The notes beneath the pieces were generated by a model, which worked only from the letters and a program-made list of their open reading frames with translations, was not told the DNA's origin and made no database searches. A stretch of 63,927 nt of DNA, the filler included, from Squatina squatina (taxonomy: Eukaryota): assembly GCA_031763465.1 (NCBI GenBank). It is 4 parts of 4 records of this genome, joined end to end, with 100 filler letters (N's around TTAATTAATTAA, not from the genome) between each part and the next. Parts side by side here need not be neighbours in the genome. Positions count along the whole stretch, not along the records: positions 50,732 to 63,927 come from JARFOE010000004.1; 3 more parts are not named here. The stretch is one strand, 5' to 3'. This document shows, one piece after another, positions 50,732-63,132 of this stretch (its first letter is position 1; each line of letters opens with the position of its first letter). The position numbers were made by a program, and so were the translations under genes.

Positions 50732-53700
50732 CTGAAGGTCCACTATCACCTTCAGAGGACAGCTAGAGACAGGTAATAAATACAGCCATGGTACATCCCA
50801 AGACCAAATAGAAATTCAATGTATCCTTTCCCTTACTCTCTAGCAAGGAAATGTTATTAAGAGGCAGAGGCACCCCATTATCCACAGCTTGAGAGAAAAA
50901 CCCGAACAAGAGCATGACCCATTAGTTAATAGAGCGTTATTTACTAATGTATTGATGATGGGATAATCCTGCCTCTTAGTTGTGTTACCTTATTTTCTTT
51001 CACTGGAGATCAACCAAGACAAGTAACAGTGCTGTATATTGGCATTGGCAGCTGATATTTGCTGCTTTTATATTTCATGAGACCCATGCTCGTGACCAGG
51101 TCTCGCACAAACAGTAGAATGCCAAAAGACCTGGTAAAAATAGACATAGCAAATCTGATAGGATTACCTTGGTGTTACCATCAGCTGTGGGAGATATGTA
51201 TGTCAGGAACCTGTGGAAATCGTTTGGCAGATAATATAAAAGCAGCTCTTGGCAGCCAGGCAGCTTAGGTAATGGAGTGGAGACAAAGACGGTCCACCGT
51301 CTGGTTGGGTGGGGCAGGGGAAATGACATCTGGTGGATCAAATGGCGGTACAAGGATGTTGGGAAATTCTGTTTCTTTTTAAATGGGATTTGCATTTCAG
51401 TGGGTTTGCATTGCTGATTTGGTGAAACTAGGACAGTCCACAAAATGTAAGTGATATATTTGATTTGACACTGATATATTTTGCCAATTACTTATTAATG
51501 ACTCAAACTTCACGACAAATCTTGTATCCTCTATTTCTACCCTTGGTCATATCACCCATGAAATTAGAGAAATGGAGTGCATTTAATAAAATCTGAAATA
51601 TGAGAGGACCTAAACACATGTTTTCATGTGATTAAAAAGCTTACTTTCTTCAGCCTCCCTCAGAAGAAGCAGTTAGACAGTCATTAAATATATCACAGTG
51701 ATCTGTTCTTAGCTGTATTTCTGCTGACACTATTTACAATCAGGAAGCTAGTAGAGTTCTGTCTCAGTACCTTCAGGCACATAGTTGCTTCATACCACCC
51801 AACGTGCACTGATGTCAGTGATGTGCGGAGCCAAAGGCTGTGTGTCCAGTATGGAAGAATTAGAAAGAAGCATGTGGGAGAAGGAGGACATAAATTAGCA
51901 GAAAAGGTATGTTCTGCNNNNNNNNNNNNNNNNNNNNNNNNNNNNNNNNNNNNNNNNNNNNNNNNNNNNNNNNNNNNNNNNNNNNNNNNNNNNNNNNNNN
52001 NNNNNNNNNNNNNNNNNGCCCCTTTGTGGGGAATTGCAGTCATGAACATATATCTTACCAACCAATCGTACATGTTGGATCACACCTTGTTAGCAAATTA
52101 GACATTGAAAAAATCTCCGTATTCAACCTTTAGATGTGAATTACAGTGTAAACATAGCTGTACATTGGGTGAGAATAGAATTGTAGAACTGTATGGGTAA
52201 ATCATGTAGCTCTTAGTTAAGAGTAAACTATAGAGCTCTTAGTTAAGAAACGTGTTTGCCAGTTCTAATACCAGATCACATAAGTTGTATTCATTGTTTA
52301 AAGGACACATATGGCCCTTTATGTTTAATTCTGTTCGAGATTGACTCATAACTGAGCTAAAGCCCCGGTTAACTATACATTTTTCACAACTTTATTTTGA
52401 AAGTACAATTGACATGATCAAATGGTAATGGTATAACAGACGCATGCATTTGTCTTAGTTTTACTCCATCACTTGATTTTTTTGCTTCATCACTTTGTTT
52501 AATTAATTTATCCAATAAGAGGAAGCAGAATTAAACACATGTTGTGAAATCATATGCTACTCATTTATATATACAATGAGGTAACTAATTACCAGTAGAA
52601 ATACACCCAGGGTTAATTCTAGCTCCAGTCTGAACCACAATAGCTCTCACTTAGAATAAAACTATTAATAATTACCTTCCTGCTGTGGTTTGGAAGGAGA
52701 TCAGAATATTCGACTGATTACCATGTGTTAGACACTATTCAGCCTTGAAGACGTACAGTTGTAAAATGACAGGAATTTTACAATTAGCATTTTGGACCCT
52801 ATTTTACATGTTGTTTATTATCATAAAACCACATATTATGGCAGTTCTTTCTTGGTAAGATTTTATGATAGCACAATTAAAAAAAAAAATAACCAATGTG
52901 CCTTTTCAGCCACAACTAACACTACAGATTGTATAATTTTACTTTAAGATTTGTATCCCTGTTTTAGATTCTGTGAACCTGACAGCTTAAACTGTTATTG
53001 GAACACTTGCATTTCGGAAATGCCATATAACAAGGCTTATTATGAGCATGTAGAATCTGTACCAGACTGGTATTTGAACCATTTATTTAATAGGCTCTGA
53101 GCTTTTTCAGTATGCCTAAATCTTTGGTTAATTGTGAAGCCAAAATACCAACCTAGGCTAATATATAAACCTCCTTGTACTACTAGGTAACACAATGCAT
53201 CTTCTCGTTTGTGACAGTAGGGTTTGCATACATGGCCACTTGATCATCAGCCATTAGGGATTTATATCCACAATAAGACCATCAGGAAAGGGGTGTCCAC
53301 CCCTAAAGAGATTAAATACAAACACTACAACTTTCCAAGATGACCAGAGAACATAGGCATCGCCCACAGGATTGTCAGGAATCAAATATAGATTTTTTTC
53401 CTCTCCATCCCCAAAACATCTGCTTCTGCCCACTTCCTTCTCCCTTTCACTGCGGTCCATATTACGCCTTCCTTTTTCCTCTCCCCTCTTCCCTCAGAGC
53501 CTCCCCGACCTCAGTGTTACCGTTAATGGAGGTTCCTCCCACTTTCACCATCACTCCCTCCCACCCCCAGTGGCGTTGCTGGTGGACCCCTCCCTCCTCT
53601 CCCCCAAGAGCATCTCTGCCAAGTGCTGTCTCTAATGCACTCTGTTCAGTTTCTTCCCCAATGTTTCTGCTATTGAAAAGGAGACTCCACCTGTGTACTG

Positions 53701-53744
53701 TATGTGGCAACTCCTATTCATCTGAGAAGTCCCAACTACAGTAA

Positions 53745-53980
53745 ACATAAGAACAGGAGTAGGCCACTCAGCCCCGCGAGCCTGTTCCACCATTCAATGA
53801 GATCATGGATGATCTGTATCCTAACCCCATCCTTGGCTCCATATCCCCCAATACCCTTAACTAGCAAAAATCTATCCATCTCAGATTAAAATTATTAATT
53901 GAGCTTGCATCCACTGCTTTTGGTAGGAGGGAGTTCCACACTTCTACCACCCTTTGCGTGACGAAGTGTTTCCTAACTTC
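53745..53980 (-). mobile_element. CR1 3' end
   Basis: EVRKHFVTQRVVEVWNSLLPKAVDASSINNF plus CR1 3' UTR. Confidence 0.8.
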
Positions 53981-54136
53981 AGATGCGATAGCAGCACTNN
54001 NNNNNNNNNNNNNNNNNNNNNNNNNNNNNNNNNNNNNNNNNNNNNNNNNNNNNNNNNNNNNNNNNNNNNNNNNNNNNNNNNNNNNNNNNNNNNNNNNNAA
54101 GTAAAATAAAATAACGAGCAACTATATACTGAGGGA

Positions 54137-54279
54137 AAAACTCAGCAGGTCGTCAGAAGGTTCTTCGACCTGAAATGTTAACTTTGTTTCTCTCTCCACA
54201 GATGCTGCCTGACCTGCTGAGTTTTTTCCAGCATTCTCTGGTTAAATTTCAGATTCCAGGTTCTGCAGTATTTCGCTTT
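54137..54279 (+). mobile_element. Short Penelope-like insertion with inverted 5' segment and 14-bp TSD
   Basis: tatatactgaggga at 54123-54136 and 54280-54293; 16-bp inverted repeat at 54136-54151 and 54211-54226. Confidence 0.7.
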
Positions 54280-57200
54280 TATATACTGAGGGACTAGCTT
54301 TCTTGGTAACAGATTTATTGTTCATGAGTTTATGAGCCCACAGATATCTCATCTTCAGGGTAAGTGGATGAATACAATGTCACCAATTTAATCATGTGTA
54401 TAGGCTATATTCTTGATGCCAACATATGTTTTATAGGAGGCTCCAGGAGAAAAGAAAATATTCACACATCATAATTCCAGAAAGAAAAATCTCTCTATTT
54501 TATATCAGCCTGTCATCTCCTTATTTTATCACAACTATCATGCAAGTGCCCCTTGGACTCAGAACTGGTAATAACTTTGAGATTACATCACCATCAATTA
54601 TTCTTTACAGGAAGGAAGCAATTCATTGGCAGACAGCATTTGCAAACTTATCTGTGAAGCGATCTCTACTGGACTTCCTTCAGTCCCATAACACAGCATG
54701 TATAATAAACAACTGTCGGTACAAATAGCAGGCTGACAGTATAAGGTCTACTGGAGCAGCATGGCTGGAAACGAGACTGAAAATGCAAGTTAAGTTCCCA
54801 GGACAATGACTCAGAGACCCTCTTTCAAATATCTGCAAAGTTCCTGTCATTTACTTTAACTTGCATAATGGTTCCCAGCATGAAGCAAATGGATGATCAT
54901 GAGTCACAGTAAATGATCAGATAATCATCAATGAAAGCAATGCTTAGAAGCTGGGCGTGATGGTAATTGAAGCAATCATCAGAGCAGCATATTTGCCCTT
55001 ACACAATTTTTAAAAAAAAACTATAAAAAGAAAATTAACAGAAAGTTCTTTTCTGATTTGTGTACCGACTTTTCATATAAAACATCATTTTGTCTTTTCC
55101 TGCTAGCTTATTTGTCAAGTTCAGGTCAACTCCATATATTCATTATCTGCAAAGCTATGATCTTGGAGTACTGGAGGTAATTTAGAGGCAGAATAAACTG
55201 TTATGAGACATGTTCCCTACAGTACCCTAAATGGCTTTGTTGGGATGCTGGATGAATGCCATGCTGCCAATCCTGTGAGGTTGGCTCTTTGCTGGCACTG
55301 GATAAAGTTGCTCACAAGCGACCTACAGCTTTGTTTCGATATCTGAACNNNNNNNNNNNNNNNNNNNNNNNNNNNNNNNNNNNNNNNNNNNNNNNNNNNN
55401 NNNNNNNNNNNNNNNNNNNNNNNNNNNNNNNNNNNNNNNNNNNNNNNNTCGGAATTTTGCCAAACTATTTCATACAAATCTTATAAAACTCTCGATGAAG
55501 CTTCTCTTCAGAACCCCGGAGTCCTAGCAGATCACAATACTTCAGCCTCAAAGGCTGCGTAAAGATAACTTTTTCAATACTTTCATAAATCTTTAAATCT
55601 GTACACTTTTTAAATGTGTGCAGGAATGAAAACAATCAGTGTTGTAACAGTGACTTAAACAAAGTTCTGAACTGGTAACTGTGACCTTATAAACATTTTA
55701 CAGCCTGGGCCTCCATGCCTGATATATGACATTAGGAATGTCAATGTTTAATCAGGGTCTTGACAGGTAAAAGGCAGTGAGAAGAGGACAGTTTGTTCTC
55801 ATAAGTTGTGCAGTTTCTGGGCCACATGTTTATTTTGGAACCAAATGAATAACATTGTATGCGGAGAGGAAATTAAAAATGCAGGGTAGTAATTTACAGT
55901 GGAGCGGGAAGCAGATTTACAGACCCTTTCTGCTTAAATTCCAGCTCCAAATGTACCACAGCTGAAACACAGCTAGGCTCCAGTACTGGCAATAACACCA
56001 GAGTTAAAATTACCACCTCTTAACTGCTGCCAAGCACAGCCTGTTATGCTGTTCAAAGGCAAAAGGCTTATGATAATTATGGAGTGCTTGCTAGTGGTCT
56101 TCAGTTAATTAACTTGAGAGACAACATTTAATTTCCATGGGGGAATTCAACACTACAGGAGGCCAAATCTTCCATTTATAATTCCCTTCACATGTGAAAA
56201 AAATCTTCTGTAACTCCTTGGTCTATATGGTGGGCTGCATTGAAACTATTTTCCAGGAGACATTTAAAAAATGAGACACACAAACTGTTTACAAACAAAA
56301 CCAATTTAATCTTTGAATAAAGGATCTGTCTGATAAAATCAAAATCAGGTGAAATCTGTAAGATTAGGGGGTGACATTATAATAACGAATACCACAAAGA
56401 GCACAACATCAATGTTATATTTTATTTATGATGAGGTAGAATCCTCAAGGAGGTACAGAGTCCAAGGAAGAAGTTGGCAAGATAGGACAATTGACCTTTC
56501 CTCATTCAGTGCCATTTTATGTTCTCAATTTTTCTTTATAAATAGATAAATTTATGTAAATGCAGGCTTCTCCTCCAATTATCAGACAATAGCAGAAATG
56601 AACAGACTAAATTCCTGGTGAGGGCAAGTTACAAGTAAGCTACAATGGACCTTCTCAATTGTAAGAGATAATCTGCAATTTTTCATCATTGATAATATAC
56701 TCCGTATATTCTCTGGACATGTGAAGCTTGGTGGAGACAGGATGTGTAGGAGGGAAGTAGTTGATGATTCACCCTTCCATATATTTAACATAAATTCTAA
56801 AAAAAAATTCTCAGGAGTTAGTTCCAGGTTTAAATAATTTTCCCACATCCTCTTCAGATCTCCACAGGAAGCCATTCAGTTGCCTTTCCCAACAGCTAGT
56901 GACTCTACAATGCACAGTACACATGAAAGTTCTTTCTGAACTTTGATGCCAACTGGGAGACATCTGAATCTGAAAATGTGAGACTGGTGGTGTTTGATGG
57001 GGCGAGTGGGTGGGACGCTTGAATTGTCGCACGCTCCTTCCGTTATTTGCGCTTGGCCTCNNNNNNNNNNNNNNNNNNNNNNNNNNNNNNNNNNNNNNNN
57101 NNNNNNNNNNNNNNNNNNNNNNNNNNNNNNNNNNNNNNNNNNNNNNNNNNNNNNNNNNNNNNNNNNNNNNNNNNNNNNNNNNNNNNNNNNNNNNNNNNNN

Positions 57201-58721
57201 NNNNNNNNNNNNNNNNNNNNNNNNNNNNNNNNNNNNNNNNNNNNNNNNNNNNNNNNNNNNNNNNNNNNNNNNNNNNNNNNNNNNNNNNNNNNNNNNNNNN
57301 NNNNNNNNNNNNNNNNNNNNNNNNNNNNNNNNNNNNNNNNNNNNNNNNNNNNNNNNNNNNNNNNNNNNNNNNNNNNNNNNNNNNNNNNNNNNNNNNNNNN
57401 NNNNNNNNNNNNNNNNNNNNNNNNNNNNNNNNNNNNNNNNNNNNNNNNNNNNNNNNNNNNNNNNNNNNNNNNNNNNNNNNNNNNNNNNNNNNNNNNNNNN
57501 NNNNNNNNNNNNNNNNNNNNNNNNNNNNNNNNNNNNNNNNNNNNNNNNNNNNNNNNNNNNNNNNNNNNNNNNNNNNNNNNNNNNNNNNNNNNNNNNNNNN
57601 NNNNNNNNNNNNNNNNNNNNNNGTAAATGGTGCTGAGGTACTGATCACCCACGATAAAATTGAGTGGCGGAATGGTCTGCTCCTGTTCTCATGATCTGAA
57701 CTTGCATTACCCACACATGACGTCGGCACTTATTAGCTGGTTATGAGATTGGGGATAGTTATGGAATATTTTCTACTTCTCTGAACAATATGCAATATCT
57801 TCATATTATGCAATCATCCAAAGGAATACAAAAGGGTTTTGCAACAGTATCATTGTGCGCAATGGAAAGCACATGTATGACCCTTGTCATTATAGAAACA
57901 ACAGTGTACTGTAATCCTTCCTTTGTGGTGAACTACATAGAACCAGTGGGTGGCAGTGTTGTTTAATTGCACCCACTGAGGTCTCTAACATGACATTGGC
58001 ACATATATTTAGTTACACAAATCAATTTTACTTTTCTACAGTATAATGTCTTATTACAAATATTGGTGTGAGATGATAAAGGACGGGAATTATTGTTGCT
58101 CCTTTGTTGCAGTGGTATTGTCAAGTTTATCCACAACTCACCTGAACCTATTCACATCAGGAAAGATTTGTAACAACTACTGATCATTTTACGGGACTAC
58201 ATTCTTTATTTTCATTTCCGCTCCGAAGTCTAAAAGAAAGTATTCTTAACTGATTATAATAAACAAGAACCATCAAATACATGGAATGCTTAGTTATAAG
58301 TTGGGATGGAAATTCAGAATCCTTGAAGAACCACTTTGGCACGCTAATTCACAATTTTTCTAATCTGTATTTAGAGACTTATTGAAATTTTAGCTCAAAT
58401 ATGCTAGTTTTTTTTAAGTTGGAGCTAACATCAGTTTTAATTTATATTGTGTGTAAGTGATGTTCTTCGTGCGTTTATTTAATTTTTTTTCTCCAGTTTT
58501 CTCACCCCCACCACCTCCTGAGGATAGCGAGTCACATTAGGGTACGGTTTAGGGGTATCAACAGTCCTCTGGTACTTCACTCACATGAGCCTAGCCAGTA
58601 CATTTTGGCAGGTTAACACACATCATTGCAACCGAGCTCTTGTCTGAACTCCACGCATGTGCATGAGTCAGTAGATAGCAATCAGGGGTGGGAATTCTTG
58701 TTCCTAGCCCAGGGATGTTGC

Positions 58722-58995
58722 TACAGTTGTTAACCCTGGTTGATCGTATTCCTGGAGGTTCCATCACATGACCTCCTACCTCCAACTACCCCACCCAGTC
58801 AAACAGTCTTTTCTCCCATCTCCAATATTTTTTACACTAATAAACAAAAGTGTTAAAAGAAAATGGAAAAAAGCAACACACAATTATTTTTAACACCCCA
58901 ATGATTTTTTTGCCAGGTTGCTCACAGCAGTGTTCAGGAGGTGAATCCTTAATTGCTGGAGACGCCAGGCCAATCGTGCAGGGTTGGCATGCCTA
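58722..58995. mobile_element. Possible hAT-type MITE nested in a SINE family B copy (about 58480-59070)
   Basis: Degenerate TIRs tacagttgttaaccct / agggttggcatgccta (10/16 match); imperfect flanks gatgttgc / gatgcttg. Confidence 0.4.
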
Positions 58996-59164
58996 GATGC
59001 TTGCAGCTAATTGCGTCACTCCAACAACTGACCTAGTTGAGCTCAGTTAACTCAATACTGTCCAGGATTCCACTATTTATTTTTTAAATATCAGAAACCC
59101 GAGAGAAAGGCCAAGGCCCATAGTGCGGAATTCCAAGATTAAAAAGAGAAAAAGAGATGAATCA

Positions 59165-59620
59165 AGAAAGAAAGGAATTGCATTTCACAACCTTAGGATG
59201 TCCCAAAGCGCTTGACAGATAATGAAGTACTTTTGAACTGCATTCATGGTTTTAATGTGGGAAATGCAGTAGCCAATTTGTGCACTGTAAGGCCTCACAA
59301 AAGCAATGAGATACATGACCAGACTATTTGGTTTGGTGATGTTGATTGAGGGATAATTACTGGCCAGAGCACTGAGAGAACTCCCCTGCTCTTCTTCAGA
59401 TAGTGCCATGAGATTTTTTTTACATTCACCTGAGAGGGCAGATGACCCTTGGTTTAACAACTCATCCGAAAGATGGCACCTCCAATGGTGCAGCACCCCC
59501 TCAGTACTGCACTAACGTGTCAGCCTAGATTACGTGCTCAGGTCTCTGGAGTGGGGCTTGAACCGACAACCTTCTTACTCAGAGACAAGTGTCCTACCAT
59601 TGAGTCAAGGTTGACACTGA
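59165..59620 (-). mobile_element. Near full-length DeuSINE
   Basis: Reverse complement of the 44170-44445 body plus tRNA-like head (ggttcaagcccc B-box on minus strand). Confidence 0.8.
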
Positions 59621-60149
59621 AATGGTGACTTGGTGATACAAAGCATTGGTTCACTTTTGTCTGTTGAAGGGTGGGATTGTTTTTCCTATGATATACATGT
59701 TTACTTTAGTTGGCTTAAACCAGAATGGCTGCACTTCGATGATGTGACTCCTTGTGGGATTTTCCCCATGCTAGAATTTCAGTTGTGTATTTACAGAACT
59801 CTGTTACTGGCATTTCCAAGAACTTTTAACTTCCCCAAGAATCTTCAGTACAGTGACAGAAACAGCATCCATGATCTAAACTGTGCACCTACATTCAAGG
59901 GCATCAGTTACATTAAGGAATGATAAAGCAAAATCACAGCCTTCAGCAGCCACTATATAATTTATGGATCCATGATAAAATACTTTAATACAGATATTAA
60001 TACAGATACATATTTTAATACGGACTTTTACAGAGCTCCCAAAAAACTTTTTCCCATGGCTGAACATTTAACCTTTTTCAACTCTCCTTTGCAGTTTTCA
60101 AAATCTGCACCTTTTTAATTTAAATGTTTAAAAAATACTTGAAATAAAA

Positions 60150-60618
60150 CTGGAGCAATCTCTGATGGAGCAGAGAAGGTTAAGGGGAGGTTTAATAGAG
60201 GTGTTCAAAATGATGAGTGTTTTTATAGAGTACATAGGGTGAAACAGTTTCCACTGGCAGGAGGGTCAGTGACACAGATTTAAGGTAATTGGCCAAAGAA
60301 CCAGAGAGGAGATGAGCAGAATTTTCTTTACGCAGCAAGTTGTTATGATCTGGAATGCACTGCCTGAAAGGGTGGCGGAAGCAGGTGCAATTGTAATATT
60401 CAAAAGGGAGTTGGATAAATACTTGAAAAATTTGCAGGACTATGGAGAAAGAGCAGGGGAGTGGGACAAATTATTTTTTAAATATCAGAAACCCGAGAGA
60501 AAGGCCAAGGCCCACAGTGCGGAACCAAGATTAAAAAGAGAAAAAGAGATGAATTCAAAGAGCCGGCACAGGCATGATGGATTGAATGGCTTTCTTCTGT
60601 ACTGTATGATTCTATGAT
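60150..60618 (+). mobile_element. CR1 3' end containing an ~85-bp foreign insert
   Basis: FFTQQVVMIWNALPERVAEAGAIVIFKRELDKYL; tail gtatgattctatga. Confidence 0.8.
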
Positions 60619-61139
60619 ATGGTACCTTTATTCATTGCTGAATAGAATAGAGAAAGGGCTGAGTCTCCATAAGGATATCTAACAGGACCAATGGATAGTT
60701 CATGTTTGTGCAGCAGGACAGCTCTTTAGAAAGCACACGGTATCTAACACTTGCTGCAACTGGTCTGAGAATGCCTGAGGATATGATATCCACCAACTTG
60801 ATGAGCACAATAAACCACCTCTTTCTTTCAAAGTAAAGAGGTTGTACTGAATCTTTTTAATATTCATTGACCCCGGTGACTGGATTTTTGCAGAAAGTCT
60901 CAGCAAAGAATAATACTCTGAAAAACTATAATAGGCTCTTTCAAGAGAACAAAATAGCAGATCTTCATCATTAACATAATTCAGGAGGCGAGGAAANNNN
61001 NNNNNNNNNNNNNNNNNNNNNNNNNNNNNNNNNNNNNNNNNNNNNNNNNNNNNNNNNNNNNNNNNNNNNNNNNNNNNNNNNNNNNNNNNNNNNNNNGATT
61101 AAAAAAAAAATTTATGCCAATTTAAAAAAAATACTTCAA

Positions 61140-61439
61140 ACATCACTCCCCACTGGGTGACAGTGCCCAAAAAAATGGGTGCTGTCACCGCTAAACTTAC
61201 CGCTAGAAACGCAGCCGAATTGTTGGCAGGCGGCCATCTTGGGAGCTGCGCCCAATGATGACGTCACGCCCGCTCTCTATCGCCGGCCATCACACTTCGA
61301 GCGCTCCCGGTCCACGCTCCTTTAGCACCCGGGATCGGGGGGCCCAAAAAGCACAACTTAGCGATGAAAATCGTTGTTAGGCCAATAACGCCCGCTTTGC
61401 GCTAATTTAGCGCGGGTGTTATTGGCCAAATTGGCCCCC
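61140..61439. mobile_element. CpG-rich MITE-like DNA transposon end with hairpin
   Basis: CpG-dense; ends aaattggcccc; 16-bp inverted repeat at 61380-61395 and 61412-61427. Confidence 0.4.
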
Positions 61440-62146
61440 TGTCGTTCTCAATAAACAGGATAAAGAAAAAACACAGGCCCAATGACATAATTGGCACCGT
61501 AACTTAAATTTAGGTGTAGATCAGGGGATCCGACCTGCCAGCAGATCTGAGGTAGGAGGCGCTGACTGCCTAAGGTAAGTACTCAAGATCAGCTCCATTT
61601 AGAAGTCCTTGTGGGCCAGGATGGGGAAGGAGTGCTTCCCCCCAGACTCACAAGGAAGCCTTTGGTCTCCCCAACCCCGAACTTTTGAGTCTCTCTGCCC
61701 AACACTGATCAGGACCCCAATCTATTGGCTCCCCCCCATCCTGAAACGGCCTTACGTACTGACTGCCAGGGACTGTTCCCATGGGCCCCCAGCAGTGGCC
61801 TCCTGCCGCAAGTTTCTGCTCTGGCCCAGCAGCCAGGCAGTTAATCTGGCCAGCTGTCGAGCTGGAGTCTGTACACATTTATTCAGATGAGGCCCTGCCG
61901 TTAACATTGACAGAGCCTCGATGTCCCTGGTTATGCTGGGTTCCTGCACCCTCCCCGTCTCCCCGATAATATCGGGGGCATGGTGTATACATTCAATAAG
62001 TTTCCTGTGGGTTTCAGCTGTTAATCAGAAGTCACAGCTGCGTCAAGCAAGTAATTTAATAATAAAAACCTAAAATACTGGTAAACACTCAGCCATTCAG
62101 GCAGTATCTGTGGAGGAACAGAGCTGGCCCCATTATTAACTCCAAG

Positions 62147-62735
62147 GGCCTGAAATCGGATGGCAAACCCAGGAGGAATTTCAGCGCATCTGTCTATGGC
62201 ATTTTAACACAGGCACCTCATTTTCATTTCATTTCCGGGTTTGCCGTCGAAGGCGCGGCAGTGGGCTTGATGAGGGCCCACATGATCCAATCTCAACTCC
62301 AGTACTTAAAGGCACAACCCAAAAAATGCAATCTGAAGGAGTTGGGAGGTTTTGGACAGAGACAACCATCATACAAGATGGACTCCAGACGCTCTTCAAA
62401 AGACTGTGCCTAATTTTAACAATGCCTCCCTTGATGTGCTGCTGGGGGCTGTGAAATGCCAGAGAGAGATACTCTTCCCCAGCAATGGCAGGAAGAAACC
62501 TGCTGCTGCAAGAAAGAGGCGTGGCTGGAGGTAGCCCAGGAGGTCAGCAGCAGGAGCATTGTTGTACCACACTGCTCAGTTCAGTGCAGGAAACACTTTA
62601 TTGATTGAACCAGGTCAGGAAAGGTGAGTACACATTCACCTACGTCCTGTTGTGCACATCACGACCCATCCACCCCAACCCCACCACTCTGCCTTGTCAA
62701 GTCTACTCCATCATATCACTCCTCACACCCACTTA
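62147..62735 (+). mobile_element. Decayed PIF/Harbinger-like element with Myb/SANT-like pseudo-exon
   Basis: VPNFNNASLDVLLGAVKCQREILFPSNGRKKP, frameshift, then AWLEVAQEVSSRS...VQCRKHFID*; donor aag|gtgagt at 62624. Confidence 0.65.
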
Positions 62736-62739
62736 GAAA

Positions 62740-63132
62740 TAAAAGAAAGAAGACTTGCATTTATATAGCGCCTTTCATGGCCACTGGACATCTCAAAGCG
62801 TTTTACTGCCAATGAAGTACTTTTTTGAAGTGGAGTCACTGTTGTAATGTGGGAAACGCGACAGCCAATTTGCACACAGCAATCTCCCACAAATGATAAT
62901 GACCAGATAATCTGTTTTTTGTTTTGTTCGTTGAAGGACAAACATTGGTTCCATGGGATCTTTTACGTCCACTTGTGAGCAGATGGGGCCCCGGTTTAAC
63001 ATCTCATCTCACCTTTGACACTCAGTACGCATTAGAGCATCAACCTAGATTATGGGCTCAAGCCTCTGGAGTGGAGCTTGAACCCATGATCTTCTGACTC
63101 AGAGATGAGAGTCACAACTGAGTCACAGCTGG
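62740..63132 (-). mobile_element. DeuSINE copy
   Basis: Parallel to 59165-59620. Confidence 0.8.

Noticed and set aside
56876-57729. Long ORFs of 200-258 aa in the ORF track
   Set aside because: They consist almost entirely of N-gap translation; the same applies to most X-containing ORFs.
59500-59620. tRNA gene
   Set aside because: It is the tRNA-derived head of a SINE; no intact cloverleaf is seen.
61380-61445. Helitron 3' end
   Set aside because: A hairpin is present but no CTRR terminus follows it.
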